A DNA stretch of 64,000 nt, from positions 496,001-560,000 of the forward strand of contig JBNRSN020000025.1 of the NCBI GenBank assembly GCA_051313645.2, read 5' to 3'. Shown here in pieces: positions 61,460 to 64,000 of the stretch. The position numbers and the translations under genes were made by a program. Source of the DNA: Centroscyllium fabricii. Taxonomy: Eukaryota. How positions within the stretch are numbered: position 1 is the stretch's first letter; each line of letters starts with the position of its first letter. Below the pieces are notes generated by a model. It did no database searches. It saw only the letters and a program-made list of their open reading frames with translations, and was not told the origin of the DNA.

Positions 61460-63822
61460 TAAAGAAGCTGGATTGTAAAGTGGAGGGAGCTCCTGGAGCG
61501 GGCGAAGTCTTTCCGGGTCTGGTTTCATGATACCATTGCCTACGCAGTAGCCAAGAATGTTGATGGTCGGTTGCGACTCCACAGATTTGGATTCATTTAA
61601 AGTTAAGTTACGGTGATGGAGAGCATCCCGAAATCTTTGGAGGTTGGCATTATGTTCCTGCTGGTCGTGGCCTGCAACAGTAATGTTATCAAGGTAGGGA
61701 AAAGTATCCCTTAAGTTTTCCTGCTCAACGAGGCCATCCATTGCCCGTTGGAAGACAGCCACTCCATTAGTGACCCCGAATGGGAGGCGACAAAATTGAT
61801 ACAGCCGTCCATTAGCCTCAAAGGCCGTGTACTTCTTATCGGAGACCCGTAGGGGTACCTGATGATAGGGACTCTTTAAATTATATGTTGAGAACACTTT
61901 GTATTCAGCCAGTTTATTAACCATGTCGTCAATACGTGGCAATGGGTAGGCGCTAAGGTCAGTATATTGATTGACGGTTTGAGAGTAATCAATGCATAGT
62001 CATTTTTTGTGAGGTTTTAGAGGGTTCTGAACGATGAAGATTTGAGCCCGCCAGGGCGATGAACATGGTTCGATGATGTCCTCTGCTAAAAGACGAGAGA
62101 TTTCTGTCTCAATGAAAGATTGATCTTCCTGACTGAAGCGTCGAGATTTGGTTATTATTGGTTTGCATTGAGGAGGAATCCTGGTGAATAATGATGGTTC
62201 ATCAAGTGAGGCTGCTGACAGTGCACAAAATGGTGATTTAGACGGTATATTAGAAATAGTAAGTCCAGGTTTGGATCCGCCGAACTCAATGATGAGTTTT
62301 TTATGCTGTTTTTGAAAATTCAGCCCTAGGATAAGATCACTACATAAGTCCTTGAGCACTGAGAGCCGAGTGGAGGGATACATGCGGCCATTAAGTGTCA
62401 TGTCAATAATACAAAACTCAGAGATTCTGGTATTAAGTGATGACTGAGCCATTGCAATTGCCTGGTCCGATGGGAAGACATGTAGTTTCAATTTCTCAAC
62501 AATCTGTTTTCTAAAGAAACTATCAGTACTTCCTGAGTCAATTAAGGCATCAAAAGGTATGCCCATTAATCAAGACTTTTGTGACTGCATGAAATAAATT
62601 TTGAGGGCAGGCAGCTGTAATTGATGTGGTTGCACAGAGGGAGGCTGTAATTCTAGGTGTGTTTCTTCGGGAAGGAGCTCGATAGGTCCTAGCTGGAGCA
62701 TCTTGATAGGCCCTAATTGGGGCAGCTCGGTAGGCCTTAGTTTGATAGGCCCTCGTAGAGGCTCTTGATTGGCAAACTTTTGCAAAGTGTCCTTTTTTAC
62801 TGCAATGACTGCAGATTGCATTGCGAGCAGGGCAGAATTTCCTAGGGTGGAAAGAGTCTCCACAAAAGAAGCATTTCTTCCTAGATTGCCAAGAGGCTGC
62901 TAAAGTGGGGTCATCCTCCTCCTCATCACTGAACTCATCAGGACTAGATTCTTCCATGATAGGGTCCACCTGAGGCCCCTTGAATGGTCTGATTGCAGTT
63001 GCAGCAGCAATTCGAGATCTCGGCAGCTGAGCAGTCCAGAGCACAAGCCAGGTCAAAAGCCTTTGATAGCTCAAGCGTTTTTCTCTCTAGCAGACGCTGG
63101 CGTATAAATGGAGAGGCGATCCTGCAGATGAAAGCATCTCAAATCATTTCTTCGCGGTACACCTCAGCTGAGGCTGCCTTAAAATTACAATCTACACTGA
63201 GCCTGCGAAGTTCTTGAAGGAACTCCTGAATCGATTGCCCTGGCCTTTGTTGGGCCATGGACAGTAAATGTCTAGCATAGACCTCGTTTGGGGCATTAGT
63301 ATATAGTTCTTTCAGTGTTTGGGTTACCTTCATTATAGTTATCCCATTTATCAACATATTCATGTACGTTTGGGGACACATAATTCACAAGTAATCGTAG
63401 TTTGGTAGAGGCATCCTCACAACATTCTTCAAGAAAATTCTCAAATGTATGGAACCAGTGCTTCCATACCTTGGCAGCTGCTGGTGCATTTGGGTCCGGA
63501 TCCAGGCGAGTCGGTTTGAGGAGGCTTTCCATGATGGGTTGGTCCCTGGATCCTCAGTTCCGTGCTGTCCAAAAGTTTTAAGGATTTTGAGCGTGAAGTT
63601 TTTAGTGGATTAAATTGATGTAATAATGGAGTCTGATACATCAATAACTTAATTAATCTACTACATTATCACTATGTACAAAGACGGGTTTTACCATGCT
63701 TCCAGGTGAAGCGTTCCCCCATACTGAGCAGTTCCAGTATTTATACTAATAGAAAACAGGAAGTGACATGTACAGAGTTCACCCCTTAGCCTTCTCCCGG
63801 AAGTCTGTTCAATATTACCACA
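61460..63822 (-). mobile_element. 3'-truncated, degraded Ty3/Gypsy copy 4 (5' LTR, gag, protease, RT)
   Basis: LTR 63822-63616 (TGTGG...CATCA, TATAAA), gag ATG 63532 MESLLKPTRLDPDP, two CCHC, LIDSGS, FPYLDN; many frameshifts. Confidence 0.88.
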
Positions 63823-63879
63823 GAATATATATTTTTTGGAAGTTGTTAAGTAACTCCTTAAATGTACACCATTGATCAT

Positions 63880-64000
63880 GTATCATCTTACCCTTTAATC
63901 TGTTTTCCCAATCCACTCTAATCAATTCCTCTCTCATACCTTCATAGTCTCCTTTATTCAAGCTTAGCACGCTTGTTTGAGATCCAAACTTCTCATCCTC
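63880..64000 (-). mobile_element. CR1 ORF2 fragment running off the window
   Basis: Minus strand translates EDEKFGSQTSVLSLNKGDYEGMREELIRVDWG, typical of the CR1 post-endonuclease region. Confidence 0.7.

Overview
Eukaryotic, repeat-only window with no recognisable host gene. The HE1/V-SINE-like, Deu-SINE-like, CR1 and Penelope-type repeats suggest a cartilaginous fish (inference). The centre (~10.43-52.24 kb) is a 21-bp satellite, consensus ATG(C/T)TCTT-ATAGAT(G/A)GATTTC, with nested higher-order duplications (861, 1238, 2667, 3246 and 7803 bp offsets). It is interrupted by a 5'-truncated CR1 LINE, a non-coding LTR-int-LTR-int-LTR tandem element (5-bp TSD) and a related solo LTR. The flanks hold four Ty3/Gypsy LTR retrotransposons of one lineage (one nearly intact), CR1 LINEs, SINEs, a long-TIR MITE, a Harbinger Myb/SANT remnant and a Penelope-type inverted repeat with hammerhead cores. 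Best leads: (1) the satellite monomer looks like the junction between a CR1 (ATGTTCTT)n tail and the I-D-R-F codons of a second CR1 3' end, and the whole array lies in the loop of an 88-bp inverted repeat; (2) the Gypsy lineage has a YLDN RT motif (4 of 4 copies), no tRNA PBS, a co-varying duplex between the PBS position and the LTR poly(A) signal (3 of 3 copies with a 5' LTR), and a conserved hairpin over the PPT; (3) a tandem TRIM-like element carries a Tf1/sushi-type self-priming signature. Coordinates and mismatch counts were read by eye and may be off by a few bases.
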